Below, piece after piece: positions 1-13,704 of a stretch of DNA of 64,000 nucleotides. The stretch comes from Oculina patagonica (Eukaryota): assembly GCF_052425735.1 (NCBI RefSeq), contig NC_135768.1, positions 16,120,001-16,184,000 on the forward strand, read 5' to 3'. Position numbers and translations under genes: made by a program. Position 1 is the stretch's first letter. Each line of letters starts with the position of its first letter. Below the pieces are notes generated by a model. The model was given only the letters and a program-made list of their open reading frames with translations. It was not told the DNA's origin and searched no databases.

Positions 1-2893
1 TTTTGAATCTTTTAAATCTTTTTCTATTTACTTTGCTTTTAGTGATGTTTGCGTTTTTCTCTTTTAATTTCAAGCTAATAAACCAAGTTCTAAGCCAGGC
101 TCCCGGCCGAAGTTATGAAAACATGATATATTAGCGGGGACACTGTCCATTCCTTTTGAATACTTTGTTGCTGAGAAAGTAACGCCAGCTTATAAAGCGT
201 TTTATTTTTTAGAGACTTTCAACAATATTTCCACATTGATACATTTCTTAGTCGGCCGCGAAAACAATGAAATGAACAAATTCTGCGTAGTCTGGAGAAC
301 TGAACTACGACGGTGAATTTTTCATGTTTCTCGTTTGAAGTTAATACTGCGCTTATAATTTAGCAAGAGGTGAGTTCTGACAGCAATGAACGCCCTGAAT
401 AAATAAGGATAATTGAGAGATTCTTAAGTAAAATGAATAAATTCTTTTTCCAGTAGACCTTGTCGTCAGTGTCGCCGTCGTGGTTTCGTAAGGTAAGGTC
501 CCTAATGTCTCCGTACAGGGCCATACGTAAATTCGGTTGAGCGTTGGAGACTGAGACAGAACTTTGATAGCTTTTCATAGACGGGAATCCTTGTTACAAT
601 AGTTGCCTCGTTATTAAGCACAAGAACTTCAATTTCTGATCGAGCTACAATTATATCAATTATGACTATTGAAAGAACATGGCACCATTAACTTTCGTTA
701 TAAACTTGAGCCTGATATACGTTTTCTGTAATACGGGTTTGAAAACTCAAAATCATACAAAGAATGTATGGACCTATTATAGCCTTTGCCAGCCCAAAAT
801 TTCCCAGTGTTTGAAAACTACTATTCAGTTCCTTCAATGTTACACGCAAAGAGCTAAAACTTTTTTTAAGAGGGTTTAAATAAGGGATTGGAGAAAGAAA
901 ACAATTTTGAAACACCACCAGTCAGTTGACCCCCACGCAAGAGCACTCCAGGTTGTCAGGGGGACTGTCTGGTGTCCGTCTACCAATTTTAAATTTAAAA
1001 GATTCTAACTTTTAAATCACATTAAATCTCCAATATTTCTAATTTCGTTAAATTTTACTTATCCTTTTAGAAAAAAACTATCTTCTTCCAACATCCCCCA
1101 AAATCACCCAAAAATTTACAAAACACCGTTTAACATAGATTTATAGGATAATGAAAGCATTTGTAAATTCCTTTAAAAGGAAACGAGATATTTCCGTAAG
1201 ACCCATGTTTAGCGGTGAAAATAAAACTATCGGGTATAATCCCCCCTTAAGTTTCAGAAGCTCTCTAAACATCTGGAGTCAGTTCGTACATAACACGATG
1301 CCTTATCTACGCAATGACGTGCGATAGTCAATAGGAGAAAATCGTACTGTTTTGCAACCAATCAGAAGAACTGAAAGGTCGTGACTTGGCGCAGGCATGT
1401 TTTCCCGAGCTCAGCGACAGACGAATACATGTTTTTGCTTGGAGTAATTATAAGTTTACGAGAATCATCACTTGCTCAAGTTGTATGCGAAAAATAAAAA
1501 ATCTGAAGTAATTATTATGTTATTTATTGGAGCAATGTCACAAATGGCTTCTTGAAAAAAATGACCAATTTTTCCAAGTCTGTATTTTCGTTATCCCTCT
1601 GTACCTTTCTCAAACGTTACTATCAATGTTTACTTTACGATTTATTGTTGCTTGTTAGGGCGTTTTCAGCCTTAAAAAACTATTATTTTGAGGTATTTCA
1701 CTTATGAATTTGAAAATAATTTGTGTTGCCGTACATAAAGAAAATGAACTACAATTTTGTGGCATAGATTTTATTTTTTAAAAAATTATGCATTCAATGA
1801 ATCAAGCTAATTGATTCGATAATTTAGCTAGGTATTTAATCGTGGTTGTCGTTTAATACTGTCTCTTGAGTGGGAAATAATACCATTATTAATAGCGACT
1901 GTGACACGGCTGAGTTGAGTTTATTTTTTTAAGTTTTGCCAAATACTCGCAGGGAAACTACTCCTATGGATCCAAATGAGAAAACCATAGCTTTATTGCA
2001 ACCGAATGTGTCTCCCGGGCGTTCTAATTTAAAGTTACAATTCAAGCAAACGAGACTCATTTTTAAAACTGTTCAGCCCAACAATTTTTCAAAAGACCCA
2101 TATTGCAATCCGTTTCAATCTTCCTCACCTTTGGCCATCCGTACCTTCTTTTGTATATGCTGTGTTATTGAAATGTTCCTTCACTGTTTCAAGCGGGTAT
2201 TTTTATGTTTCACCGAATTTGATGGTCATTTCCTATGCCTAAATTTGGCTAAAATCCACGACAAAGTCTCTTTAACAATTGTCGTGAATTGCAAAGTAGT
2301 ATAATATTAAATTTTGCTCACATTCGGCAAAATAATGCTAAACGTGCTCCAAGAAAAACTAATAATCACTCAAGATCTTCCTGACGAAACAGTATTTACT
2401 TTTGCGGCATAAATGACCGAAAAACACTTCCGACAAGGCTTTGCATGGCTGCCATTTTTTTCAAATAGCACATTTGTTAATAAACTCAGTGACATCTTCT
2501 TGTTTGAATGAAGCACTCAGCTTGAAAAATAGCACTCACGTTTCGCTTTGATATCCAGCAATGACTGAAATTATACATGAAATTTGTCTTGCAAAACCTG
2601 ATTCGAAAAAATCTTAAAATACAGAAGGCCCGTATTTTTAGGAAAAAATGCTAGAAGGATAAATAGATGATATATTCTAGTGTATTATAAAGCATTGTAA
2701 ATATTTCACTATCATTCGCAATATTTTGAAAGCTAGTATATATTAATTTTATGAGGAAATTTGTTAACGGTTTTTTGACTTTAACACTTAGAAATTTATC
2801 CTCTATTCATTTTTGTTTTTACTGTCAAAACGTATATCTGGAACACCATTTTTGGATCGCGCTTAAGCAGAAGGATTTGCTTCAAACGTTTAC

Positions 2894-3972
2894 TCTTGTC
2901 CGTTGAATTAAATTTACAAAATGTCAAAATAAACATTGTATTGACTGATGTTGATTCATGAGACACTGACGTTTGTGCAATGTCATCTTGAATACAAGGA
3001 ACCTGCCAGTTTCTACTCACTTGAATATTGAACATTTTAATTAAAATATCTATAACTCTTAGCGCTTGGAAACTCTCCAATTTTCAGTTTGCGAACTAGC
3101 GAATTTTCAGCATATTATTTTAACTTCATCGCGAAGTCATAAAAAACTGTATTCACCCGTCGTTTTATAAGCTATCCAAGAGCAAAACATCAAATAACTA
3201 AAATGAAAAACTTACATAACACACGCGCGTGAAGAAAATAAATAATAAATAAACAATATCTCTAACATTTTTTTCCCGTTATTTTTTTCTTTCCAAGCGC
3301 AAAGACGAAAAGAAAAAGATTGAGTTAAATTAACTTCTGAAAGAATTATACCAAGATATTTATCTGGCGGTTTAAACGTTTTCCGTTGATACAAAAAAGC
3401 GTGCCTTGATCGCAACCGTAATATAACTGTAGCTGTTTGGTGGAAAAACTATTATCTATAATTAATGACTTGAAAAGCAATGTTACGTAGTCAAGGGTAA
3501 TTTTCCGAATTTAAAATTCGAGCGAAAATTTCAATACCGATTTTTAAGTTAAACACAAAATTGTACAAAATTGCTTTTACTAAAACGTTTCACGTTAAAA
3601 TACAAAAAGGAAGCCTAATTTCGATGAGATGATAAATTATTCAGCCAGGAGCTTAGTTTTTACCAAGTTAATGACTTCGTTTATAAAACTAATGTTACTC
3701 TCGAGAATTTCTGTATCACTTATTGATCTACCGGCCCCTTCCCCAAGGAAAATAACTGGCTACTTACCAGCAATAAAAAGCGACTCGGTCGAACAAAACA
3801 CAGCGAAGAAAAACGCTGCAAAGATCTGTTGAGAAAAAAACGCAAATTAAACCAACTCAGCGTATTACTGTAAGTAAACAAATTCGCTTTGAATTTAGCG
3901 AGTATCTTGCAAAAACGACGGCAAAATAAAACATTCCCGTAAAATTACCAGATGTGAAATTTTCTTGAGCAT
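2894..3972 (-). CDS. Candidate 5' exons of a secreted or membrane protein gene (or pseudogene): 3972-3949, 3825-3768, possibly 3019-2894
   Basis: Splices to MLKKISHL|IFAAFFFAVFCSTESLFIA|VSRNWQVPCIQ..., signal-peptide-like, with canonical donors and matching phases; no recognisable domain. Confidence 0.45.
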
Positions 3973-6900
3973 GTTTGAGATGAAGTTGCCTTCGTCATTC
4001 CAGAAAAAAACGGCGTTCATAAATGTTATATTTATTTAAACTGTCTCTCTTTCCCCCCAGCAGGTGACATCATAGAAATGAGCCCTTTAACATTTCTGTT
4101 GGATGAGTGTTGAGTTTCGTTTCTAACGTCACATTTTCCTCCAGGGCAGTTTACTCGGCCGCTTTCCTTTCCTTGGACAAAAACGTTGAGTTCACCAACT
4201 ATAAAGAAAGCCGGATTCGTGTAACACATTTACTTGATGAAGCCATTAAGAGCCGCACAATCATTCATCAAAGAAGTCGGTTTAGTAAAATTATGACAGC
4301 TATATGCAGATGAGTTTTTAAAATTAGAATACTATTGAGTAACTCAAATAGCGGGCCTACTAAGGTGCCGTCTATGCAATGAAAGGAAGTCCTACACGAC
4401 AAATGAAATTAAAGTTCTTTTTTGTCCAAATTTCATACACGTTAAGGTATTGACGAATTAAGATTCAACTAACTTAGCTAGGCTGAAAAATAACATCTGC
4501 TCAAGGACCCACTGGGTTATAACAAAGGTTGTTGACTTTGTAGAATAAATATTACCCCGGCCGGAATTCTAAGCAACTAACACTTCCCGTCCATGCTCAA
4601 TGTTTTCACATCGAGTCATTACTTTTTTTAGTTAATATTTAGCACTTCGCCTTCGCCAGTTATTAAACCTTTCATTTCAAAAAGGCTGCATTAAAATATC
4701 GAAATTTTTATCTGACATTGCTTGTAAATGGGGTTTACGAGCGGTCGTTAAGACTTTATAAAAGGAAGGCATTTTGCACGCAAGCGAATTCGAACTGTAA
4801 TTATTTTACGAAGTAGTGGCAATTTTGTGTGAACATCGGGCGCTCTATTTTAAGAAATGATTTGAAGAGCATAATGTATGGAACTTATTTAGGCCTTTCT
4901 TCGGATACGAATACAAAACGAATTAATTAAAAAAGTTTACTTGCTTTAGGCAATTATTGTATGTTGTGCTTGCATATTTAACATTTGCATGAATTTTATT
5001 TTGAAAAGCAATGATGTTGTTTTTGAGTGCTTATTTACAAAATAGCATAAACTGTGTTTTACATAAAAAACAGGGACACTGTCACGGGGATTTTTATGAT
5101 TTTTTGTAATTACAAAGTATCAAAATTGGCGAATAGGTCTTCTCGTACATGAAATGCACCTAGTACATCAAGATGGAGATATAAAGTAAAAAATTGTTGT
5201 TGAAGGAAGAAAGGAGCCACAATAATTTTAGGTGTTCAGTTTCCAGTCCACAAGGACGAAAATTCAGCCTAACAAAAGTAAGCCTCACCTTTTCAAGTTA
5301 AGATCTAGAGTTCTTGATGGCATCACAATAATATCACTTGTTTATCGCTTCAGTACACTTGCATGTTGATTTTTTCAAAATTGGACCACTATTCGTAGTT
5401 TACATATGTCTTTAGACTTTTGAGGTTTTTGAAGTGAGACTTGTGACAGTGTCCCTTTAACTGGTAGAAAGTTAACCACAAAATATTCATCATAAGTTAG
5501 ATACTTGCCATATTAGAGGAAGGAAGATTTGCTCATATGATGTGTTCTGCGGTTAATGTATCCTTAAAGGGGAAAAATTCACATTGTGCCTATCACATTT
5601 TCTCGCGAACTTCGTCAGTGATTGGCCATCGAGGCCGGAAGTTCTAATATTATCCAAGTTATTTTGACGTTCATTGATGTTAATATTTAAAATATATTTC
5701 CGTTAAGGAAGTTAATTAACTGTTTAAATCATCTCAGCATGAAATGATATATGGTAGGATATCAGAATAAATGTAAAATAGATTCTATATTTTCATTGAA
5801 ATTGATTTTGGCCAGCTTTTTGTATTTGTGCGATAGAAATAGCCGTAAAGTGCTTTCAATTTTTCCATAGCCAATTTCACAAGTAAAAAACAATGCATTC
5901 TGGCCCACTTTTGTAGAATCAATACAGCTCTTAAGAGCTAACTAACTCAGCTTAATAAAAGTTCGTCGCACTTTTTCTATGAGTGAAATTAAACCACGGT
6001 AGTCTCTGTTTAGTTTCATTATTGACTACCGCACCATATCTGAAAAGAATAAAGCTACATTAATTATGCAATCAGTTCTTTGCTTTTAGACAATTAGAGG
6101 TGTTGAATGGTTTATTCGACACTTTGCGAGTCGCGGCGAAACTGATATCTCTTCTGCGAGCTCGAGGCCTTTTTAGCCTTGTAGACTGGAGAAATTAAGG
6201 GCGCTTCCCATTTGTCGGTATATTCTTGAGCAAAATTCTGTTGTTAGTCAGATGTTTTGAAGAAATATACTGAGCATGATAAATCAAATTCCATCTGGAA
6301 CTCGGAATTTTTTTTTCCGAGTTTTTCAGTTAATGCAGTTTTATCATCATATTAGTCAGACTTGTCCTGCCAAATCAGTCAATACGTAAATATTATACAT
6401 TGTTATGGTGGATTTGTAGGAAAAATCTCGTGGAAAAGGCCCATTTTACATTCAAAACTACCGTCCCGGCCGGCCAATTCGGTCAAATGGAGGGCGCTCT
6501 AAGTATCCGAGAAGGCCTATACAGGATAAAATTCGAGATGGACAATGAAGACCACTCAAATTTGGCTAAAATTCTACGAAAACCTTCAATTAACTTCGTT
6601 TCATACTCGCTCTTTAAACTTGTTTGAAAGGAGCTATGATTCGATTTAATTCATTTTTCTGACAGCTTACAAAATTGCTTTCAAATTAAACAAAACCTCA
6701 ACATTTCTAAGGAAATTTTCCTCAAGCGGGGATAACTAACCAAAAATAAAAAGGGATAGTTTCCACTGAGGAAAATGCAGGGAGATTACGAACAAAAAAT
6801 TGAAAAACGAAGTATTATACTGCAGCCAAGTGTGTGGCAAGACAATTTAATGTGCTATCGCTTTTAAAATGAACGTTGTAAGTTGTTAGGTAGTTAATGA

Positions 6901-7233
6901 ACTTATTTGAAGTTGAAACTAAATCCGACGAATGCTTCTTTAATTTTTAATACTGCTTAGGCTTTAGCTGCTTGATCGAAAAACAGGAAGCAAATCGAAA
7001 GCACAAAGTCCTAGAGAAAGGCGTATTAAAAAAAATGTGAAACGCAATGAAAATAATGAGCAAAACGTTTTGGTAAATTCGGTCGAGAGGCTCGTTATAG
7101 AAAACGGTTAATAAATGTTGCTAACTGTTAGACCCTGTTATATTATTAGGATGTACAGAATTTGGTTGGCTGGCCTCATTAAGGCTTTTCTTGTTCTTTC
7201 GAGAAGAACCGTTATAAGCTGATTTGGCTGTAA

Positions 7234-7441
7234 GGGACGGACCATTATTTTTTTGGAGGGGGGGGATGAAAAATATTGAAAAAAATTTGAGGGCCTGGAA
7301 AGACAAAATAAATTGTTTGCAAACACGATATGTATAACAAAAAATAGTAAGAATGAAAAAAATGTTTGCAGAGGTGCGTAAACAAAAAAAAAGTGCAGAG
7401 GAAGATTCATCCCCCCTCCCAAGAAAATAATGGTCCGTCCC
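7234..7441. mobile_element. Harbinger-type MITE (TAA TSD); related copies at ~7681-7890, 32220-32415, 62047-62230
   Basis: taa|gggacggaccattatttt ... aaaataatggtccgtccc|taa. Confidence 0.85.
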
Positions 7442-8665
7442 TAAGAAGCTGAATATTACGTGTATATTGCAGCGGGAAGAGAAGGGGGGACCAGACCCAG
7501 AGGGGGGCCGCCCGAAAATCCGGCCCTGGCCTCATTGTTCCACAGTTAGGGGGACCCGACCCCCCGGGTCCCTCCTCTAGATCCGCCACTGTGTTGATCA
7601 ACCATTTCATCAGAAAACTATTCTGCTAATTGGAAAAGTATTCTGTTTGGGGGACTGGAAGCATATCAACCATTCAAAGAGACGGACCATTATTTTTTTT
7701 TGGAGAGGGGATCAAATATCCTGAAAAACTTGTTTGCAAAAGCAAGAAAGCCCAGAGAAATTATTTAATTATAGACAACTGAAGGACGATGCAACCGGAA
7801 AAATTGTTTGCGCCGGCAGACAACGACATGTACATAAAAAAAAAAATTTTTTTCTTGAAAAAAATTTGATCCCCCCTAATGGTCCGTTCCCAATCTTGTT
7901 AGATGCTTTTGCAGATCAGTGGCCACTTTAACTTTGAGGATAGAATATTTCTCCAAAATTATGCTCTTAAATTGAAAGTTTCAAGCTAACACGCTTTTTT
8001 TTTATAATAACTTCACTAAGTTTTGTTTTGTAGCTTTTTGCTTCACATCAAAATGCAGTTGTTAGCTAAAGAATTCAGAGAAGAATTTGTTTATCAATAA
8101 TATCATTTAAATTTTTTGTGATAGCGACCTTTCGTAGTTGCATGAACACAATATTGTTATAAACTTCCCGCTAGCATTTTCCGTTTTCGGAAGATTCGAC
8201 AATATTTCATTACCAGTGCTAAGTTATTTTTTGTTTTGTAGATTTTTGCTTTACATTAAAATGCAGTTGTTATTAACTGAAGAATTTAAAGATGGTTGTT
8301 TATCAAGATCAATATCATAATTTTTGTGACACCCACTTCGTTAAGTTGCAAGACAATGCATTTGAACTTCCCGTTAGCATTTTCCGTGTTCGGAAGGTTC
8401 GAGAAAATTCCATTACTACTGGTTATTAATTTGGACAAAATTTACAATTGAAGGGACCATGTCAAGGATTTTAACAGATTTTTTAACAGCCCAAATTTAA
8501 ATTTGTGTCGTAGGAAACCAAGAAAATCTATTTTTTTAATAACAATTGCTATTTTTGACCACTAAAGCCGTTTAAAAGTGCGTTTGGCGGCGGATGGCTC
8601 AGATGGAAATGGATTGCAATTCGAAAAATATTTCTATCCCCAAATAAAGGTTGTATATCTTCCGT

Positions 8666-8768
8666 CATCCTCGGAGGCCCAGGGGCAGTTAGTGGGGGCG
8701 GGGAAAAGTATAGAAGTATAGAAGACTTTTCCCCGCCCACACTAACTGCCCCTGGGTCTCCGAGGATG
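8666..8768. mobile_element. Short palindromic MITE with 9-bp TSD atcttccgt, nested in a TTAA-type MITE
   Basis: catcctcggaggcccaggggcagttagt ... actaactgcccctgggtctccgaggatg. Confidence 0.88.
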
Positions 8769-11689
8769 ATCTTCCGTTAAATGTTCAAAGACAATGTTTT
8801 TCATTGGTAAAGTTGTCTACCACTTATTTCAGAACAGTTTTGACCATAACATTTGCGAAAATCCAGGGGCATAGTCCATTTAAAAGGAGGAAAAAGAAAC
8901 CCAAAATATCTCGTGACTGCTTTCAACCGCAAACATCTTTCTTCAAAACACAGACCGAAGTTTATTAAAATCTCCTTTCAACCATGACGAAAATATATGG
9001 CTGCCACAGTTTAAGATTTTTCTGCCCGAAATAAATCATATTCTTTCTATTTCATTTAAAACTGAATAATATAATCATGGGGGGAATATATTGAGGACTG
9101 TTTTATGAACTAACCTATATTTACACCTGTTTTTATATTTAATGGTTGGCAGAGAACTGACATCAAAAATTTTAATTATTTTTTTCAAGAACATCAAACT
9201 TTGGCACACGAATTCATCGGTCCGTTTAGTTACAGTAGTTTTTGCACTGCTTTTTAGATTAAGCTGAAAGTGAAGTTGAAATGTGCCCAAAAAACTTCAC
9301 AGTTTCTAATGGGCAGTTAATATTTTCCACATTCCGGTTGCCATGGCAACTATCATTACCCGACGAAGTTTCAGCTATGAGCGATAAGGTCTTAAAATTG
9401 TTTTTATCTAAAGTATTCCGTTTAGTATTCGTCAATTCAAAAGTGTTCTCAAGTGTGGAGTTTTGCAGCTCAATTGGGTCCATTTAAAAATGAACGACTG
9501 TTGATACCATTGAATAGCGTAACAGCATGGGATGCTTATCCATAGTAAAAAATTCACAGACAATTAAAGGACTGTCATTTCTAACTCCGTTGTGTTAAAG
9601 TTGTCCCCAATACTCCAGACACTATTTCAAAACATGTTTGATCTTGGTTGAGATGCTTTCAGCTGGTTAAGCTTATCGCAACTTTAATTTCATGTAAAAT
9701 TATGCTGCCCTATTTTTGTCTTATGTGCATGTCAAAATCTTCGGAAATTTCTAGATGCGAGAAAGCGTATTAACCGTCCCTTGCCGAAAACTTCCTGTTA
9801 CAGAATTCCTGGTTAGATAATTAAAGGCTGTCACTGTATTGTATTGTCACTGTATTGTATTTTAACAACCATGTTGTCTTGTATTTTTAGAAGTATTGTT
9901 ACCGATCTCTAGTTTTTTTTTCTTTATTATTTCTCATTGTGTGTACTGAAATGAATGAATAAAAAAAAAAAAATAATAATAATAATTAAAGGCTTCTTTT
10001 AGAAATTACAGTGAGTCTTTCTCTAAAATATCTCTCGGAAGACCAAAAATGATCGATTTGCACCTCAGTACGAACGTTATAAATTTCTGTTAACTGCTCA
10101 AAGATGTATTCTGTGGACTTACCTTCACACAACGCGATGAATGAAAAATTACCATGTCTGCATAATTACACTTTCCCTTAACTTTCTGTTCAACAGCAAT
10201 TGCTGTGTATCCGTTTCCACGGGCGCAGGTAATTTGCAGATTTCATCAGTGAAAATAGCTGAATTTTTGGATCTTCCACAGACTTTGCGAAAAACTTCCC
10301 CTTTGATGTGACCGGAATATATAAAAAGCCTCAATTCCAGTATTTTTCCCAAAATACCTGCCAATTGAGTGATGGATGCGACTTTAGCGACAATTAAAGG
10401 AACAGGTGGTCTGAAGTTGACAAAAATTATTTAAAAAGGCATGCCGAGTTGTTGACATGCTAACTTTACTAAGTTTTCGTAGTTCCTGTAAAACGTCTTA
10501 AGTACCTCATGTTTGAAAGCATGGAGTTAAAAATGGCATCTAAGCGTTTATAAAATAAAAAAACCTGCCATATTTTGTTATCAATATCTCTACTTACTGC
10601 GCTACTCAATTGGGCTTTTAGCTTCTGTCAATCATATTGAGGACGTCATTGAGGACAGACATTTGATTGGGAGTTAACACGTGGGTGACGGGAGCGTGTT
10701 CAATGTCACTTGTTTTGGCAATATTCGTTTGCAAAAGCCGGTTGATTGCGTGCGAAATTCTCATCTCGCGTAAAAGAACGGTTCAAGGAAAAAGCTCAAT
10801 TCGGCCTTTTTAAGAATTTATTTATTTATTTGTTTATTTAACAATTCTTTATACACGGTAAAAACATCAGGTAATAAAAATTAGAAGGGTTGTAAATGGC
10901 GCGAAATACGGCGCTCTCTTTAACACAGATTTTAAATGATTTCCATTAAAGTTTCTCCACTAAAAATTTAGCCAGAATCTGTAAATTTATTACGTAAGAT
11001 ATCTGGCGAAGGATGAAACTGCGCCACGAGTCGGCAGTCGTGTCTTTTGAGTAAAAATAAATATAAATTATTATTGACTCTTCCCCAATGGGGCTTTTCA
11101 GAGCCAATGTAAACACTGAACGAGATAGTTCAAATGTAGCTAAATGTGTTTAAGAGTCCCATCTTGCAGGAAACGTAACAGATGGAAATGGAAAAAAACA
11201 ATGAGGCAATGAGACTATAAACTTGGAATGGACTTTACTACGGGACGACCGGATTTCAAGTGTAGTGCTCCAATCACTTTGCCAGCCACACTGCCGTCCA
11301 AGAACTCCTTTTACCTCTAAATAATGACTTTTTGTGATGTCTACTCATAAGGTGGTATACGTAATCATTAGTGCATCGGAGTTTGAATTGGAGAGTTCAA
11401 GCGAGTTCGGTGAAGCACCTGAACTACAATGCAGGTCAAAAGCAGCTGGGAGCCTTATAAAAGTCTCAAAACGGCAAAATAATCATTGCGTATAATTACA
11501 GTTGGTGCATGGAGTTAGTTTACTTGTGTAACGCATATGGTAAGCGAGGATAATACCTCAAAACAACAAGGACGGTTTCGATTGGGGACGATAAAGACGG
11601 ACGAACGAACGGATCTCGCCATCCTCGACGCAGCCCCATTATGCAAACAACATGTTTAAACTTGTGTAATAAAATAGTAAGGATGGTAA

Positions 11690-11930
11690 AATTTACCATC
11701 TTTATTATTTATTACATACTTGATGCTTTCGACATTGCTGATCCCGCAGTATGCAGGACGCGTGTCACATATCAACCTAGTAAAATGGCTCAGCCCACTA
11801 CGAGTCTCTCGTAGCTCAATAGTTAGAGCGCTCAACCCGTATCTGGGAGGCCATGGGTTTGATTACCGTCGGGTAAACAGTTTTGCTTTGTCCCACGCTC
11901 GTGACAAAATGAGCATTTCATCTTTATCAT
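11690..11930 (+). mobile_element. tRNA-derived interspersed repeat (SINE-like); second copy on the minus strand at ~60575-60960
   Basis: A-box gtagctca..ggttagagc and B-box ggttcgattcc (clearer in the 60.6-kb copy); shared ~100-bp upstream sequence. Confidence 0.7.
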
Positions 11931-13224
11931 GTTTAAACTTTAATTTAATTCTCCTGGTCCTAGTAGTGTAGCACTTCCTATTGTTTTGAGGGCTAGGGGC
12001 ATTGTTCTTGTTGTTTGTTCTATTGTCGTTAGAGTTGAACACACTGGCCTTATCTGTGACTTTTATTAGTTTATGCAGGATGGTGAAATTTCATGTTATT
12101 TGTATGTTGAGAATCGAATGTATGCAAATTGATCGCGATTAATTGTTGCCACCGGTTGAAACTGATACATGATAACGGAAAGAATAGCAAACTAATCTGG
12201 TTCTTTAAAATGGTTGTGGTTGACAACAACATTAACGTCTAAATGTATAACGATAATATGCGTTTCTGAATATGGAAAAAACAAACAAACAAACAAACAA
12301 ACAAACAAACAAACAAACAAATCAACGTGACTAACCTAGATACGCAGAGCGGGAGTTTCTCTGTTACTTTAAAAAGACATTTAATGTTTCCAATTAAAAA
12401 CGACATGACTTACTTTTTAAAAACGTGACTCTGAACTAAGTACAGGGAGCAGAAGTTTCTCGTGCATTTTGAAAGAGCCGTTAAAATTAAAATTAAAATT
12501 AATTTAATTTTTTTTAATACACATGAGCAGGAGTTTCTTGGGTATTTCATTAAACAAGTTTAGACTGTTTTAATTCTTGACCGATTAAAATTTGGATTAC
12601 GCAGTGAATTATAACGAAGTGAATGTATGCAATCGACAATCGGGGGGGGGGGGGGCAGTTGCCCCCGCCAGGAAAACTAAAAAACTAAGAAACCTAAAGA
12701 AAAAAGAAAAGCTTAACTTTTTTTAAAAAAAACAACAGTTGCCCCCCGCCAGGAAAACTTGCCCCCGCATACAAAAAAACCTAGGTACGGCCCTGATCGA
12801 ACTGCATTTTCGCAAATAAAAAACTGTTTGTTAATTGCTGTATATAGTACTGTGCAAAACGAAATAACCGGATATTTCCAAAAAAATGAAAATATCAAAA
12901 TTACACTCACTCACTACTCATGCGCGAAATGCGACATGATAATTATATGCGTGCGTGCTCCTGAAATGGCGAAAGAATTGAATTGTAAATTCTGATAAAA
13001 TATTTATTCATTGCCTTCTAACATTCACCGTCAACATTGCGGAAGACACAAGATCAAAATCTGACGTGTTCTTGGTGATTTATATAGAACTTTATCCTTC
13101 AAGTGGTTGAGATACGTTCCTGTGAAGACGTTTTATGCTCAAACTGTCGCTTAGAAATGATTTTTGGTCGAGCGTCTAGAGGAACCACCGGCTACAAGAA
13201 CAATTGGTTCCGTGGGAGATTCTC

Positions 13225-13704
13225 CGCAGTAAAAATAGTGTGGTGTAACGTAAACTCAATTCATTTTTATACCGTATAAAAAAAAGAGTGTGGTCTAATG
13301 GGAACTCATTTAAGTTTTTATACCCTAGTAAAAAGACCTTGGTGTAAAGGGAAGTCATTTCGGTTTTTATATCTTAATAAAAAGAGTGAAGTAAAAAGGG
13401 AACTCATTTGGTCTTTTTATCTTAGTAAAAAGAGTGATGTAAAAAGGGAACTCATTTGGGTTTTATATCTTAGTAAAAAGAGTGAAGTAAAAAGGGAACT
13501 CGTTGCGGTTTTATATCTTAGTAAAAAGAGTGAAGTAAAAAGGGAACTCATTTGGGTTTTATATCTTAATAAAAAGAATGAAGTAAAAAGGGAACTCATT
13601 TGGGTTTTATATCTTAGTAAAACGAGTGAAGTAAAAAGGGAACTCATTTGGGTTTTATATCTTAGTAAAAAGAGTGAAGTAAAAAGGGAACTCATTGCGG
13701 TTTT
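13225..13704. repeat. 48-bp minisatellite (7 well-conserved units plus ~3 degenerate)
   Basis: Unit atatcttagtaaaaagagtgaagtaaaaagggaactcatttgggtttt. Confidence 0.92.

Noticed and set aside
10149-10364. Possible isolated exon (ICKLPAPVE, superficially Kunitz-like)
   Set aside because: Lacks the remaining cysteines and has no phase-matched neighbours
10635-10700. Cluster of CRE-like, CCAAT and E-box motifs
   Set aside because: Short motifs with no identifiable downstream gene
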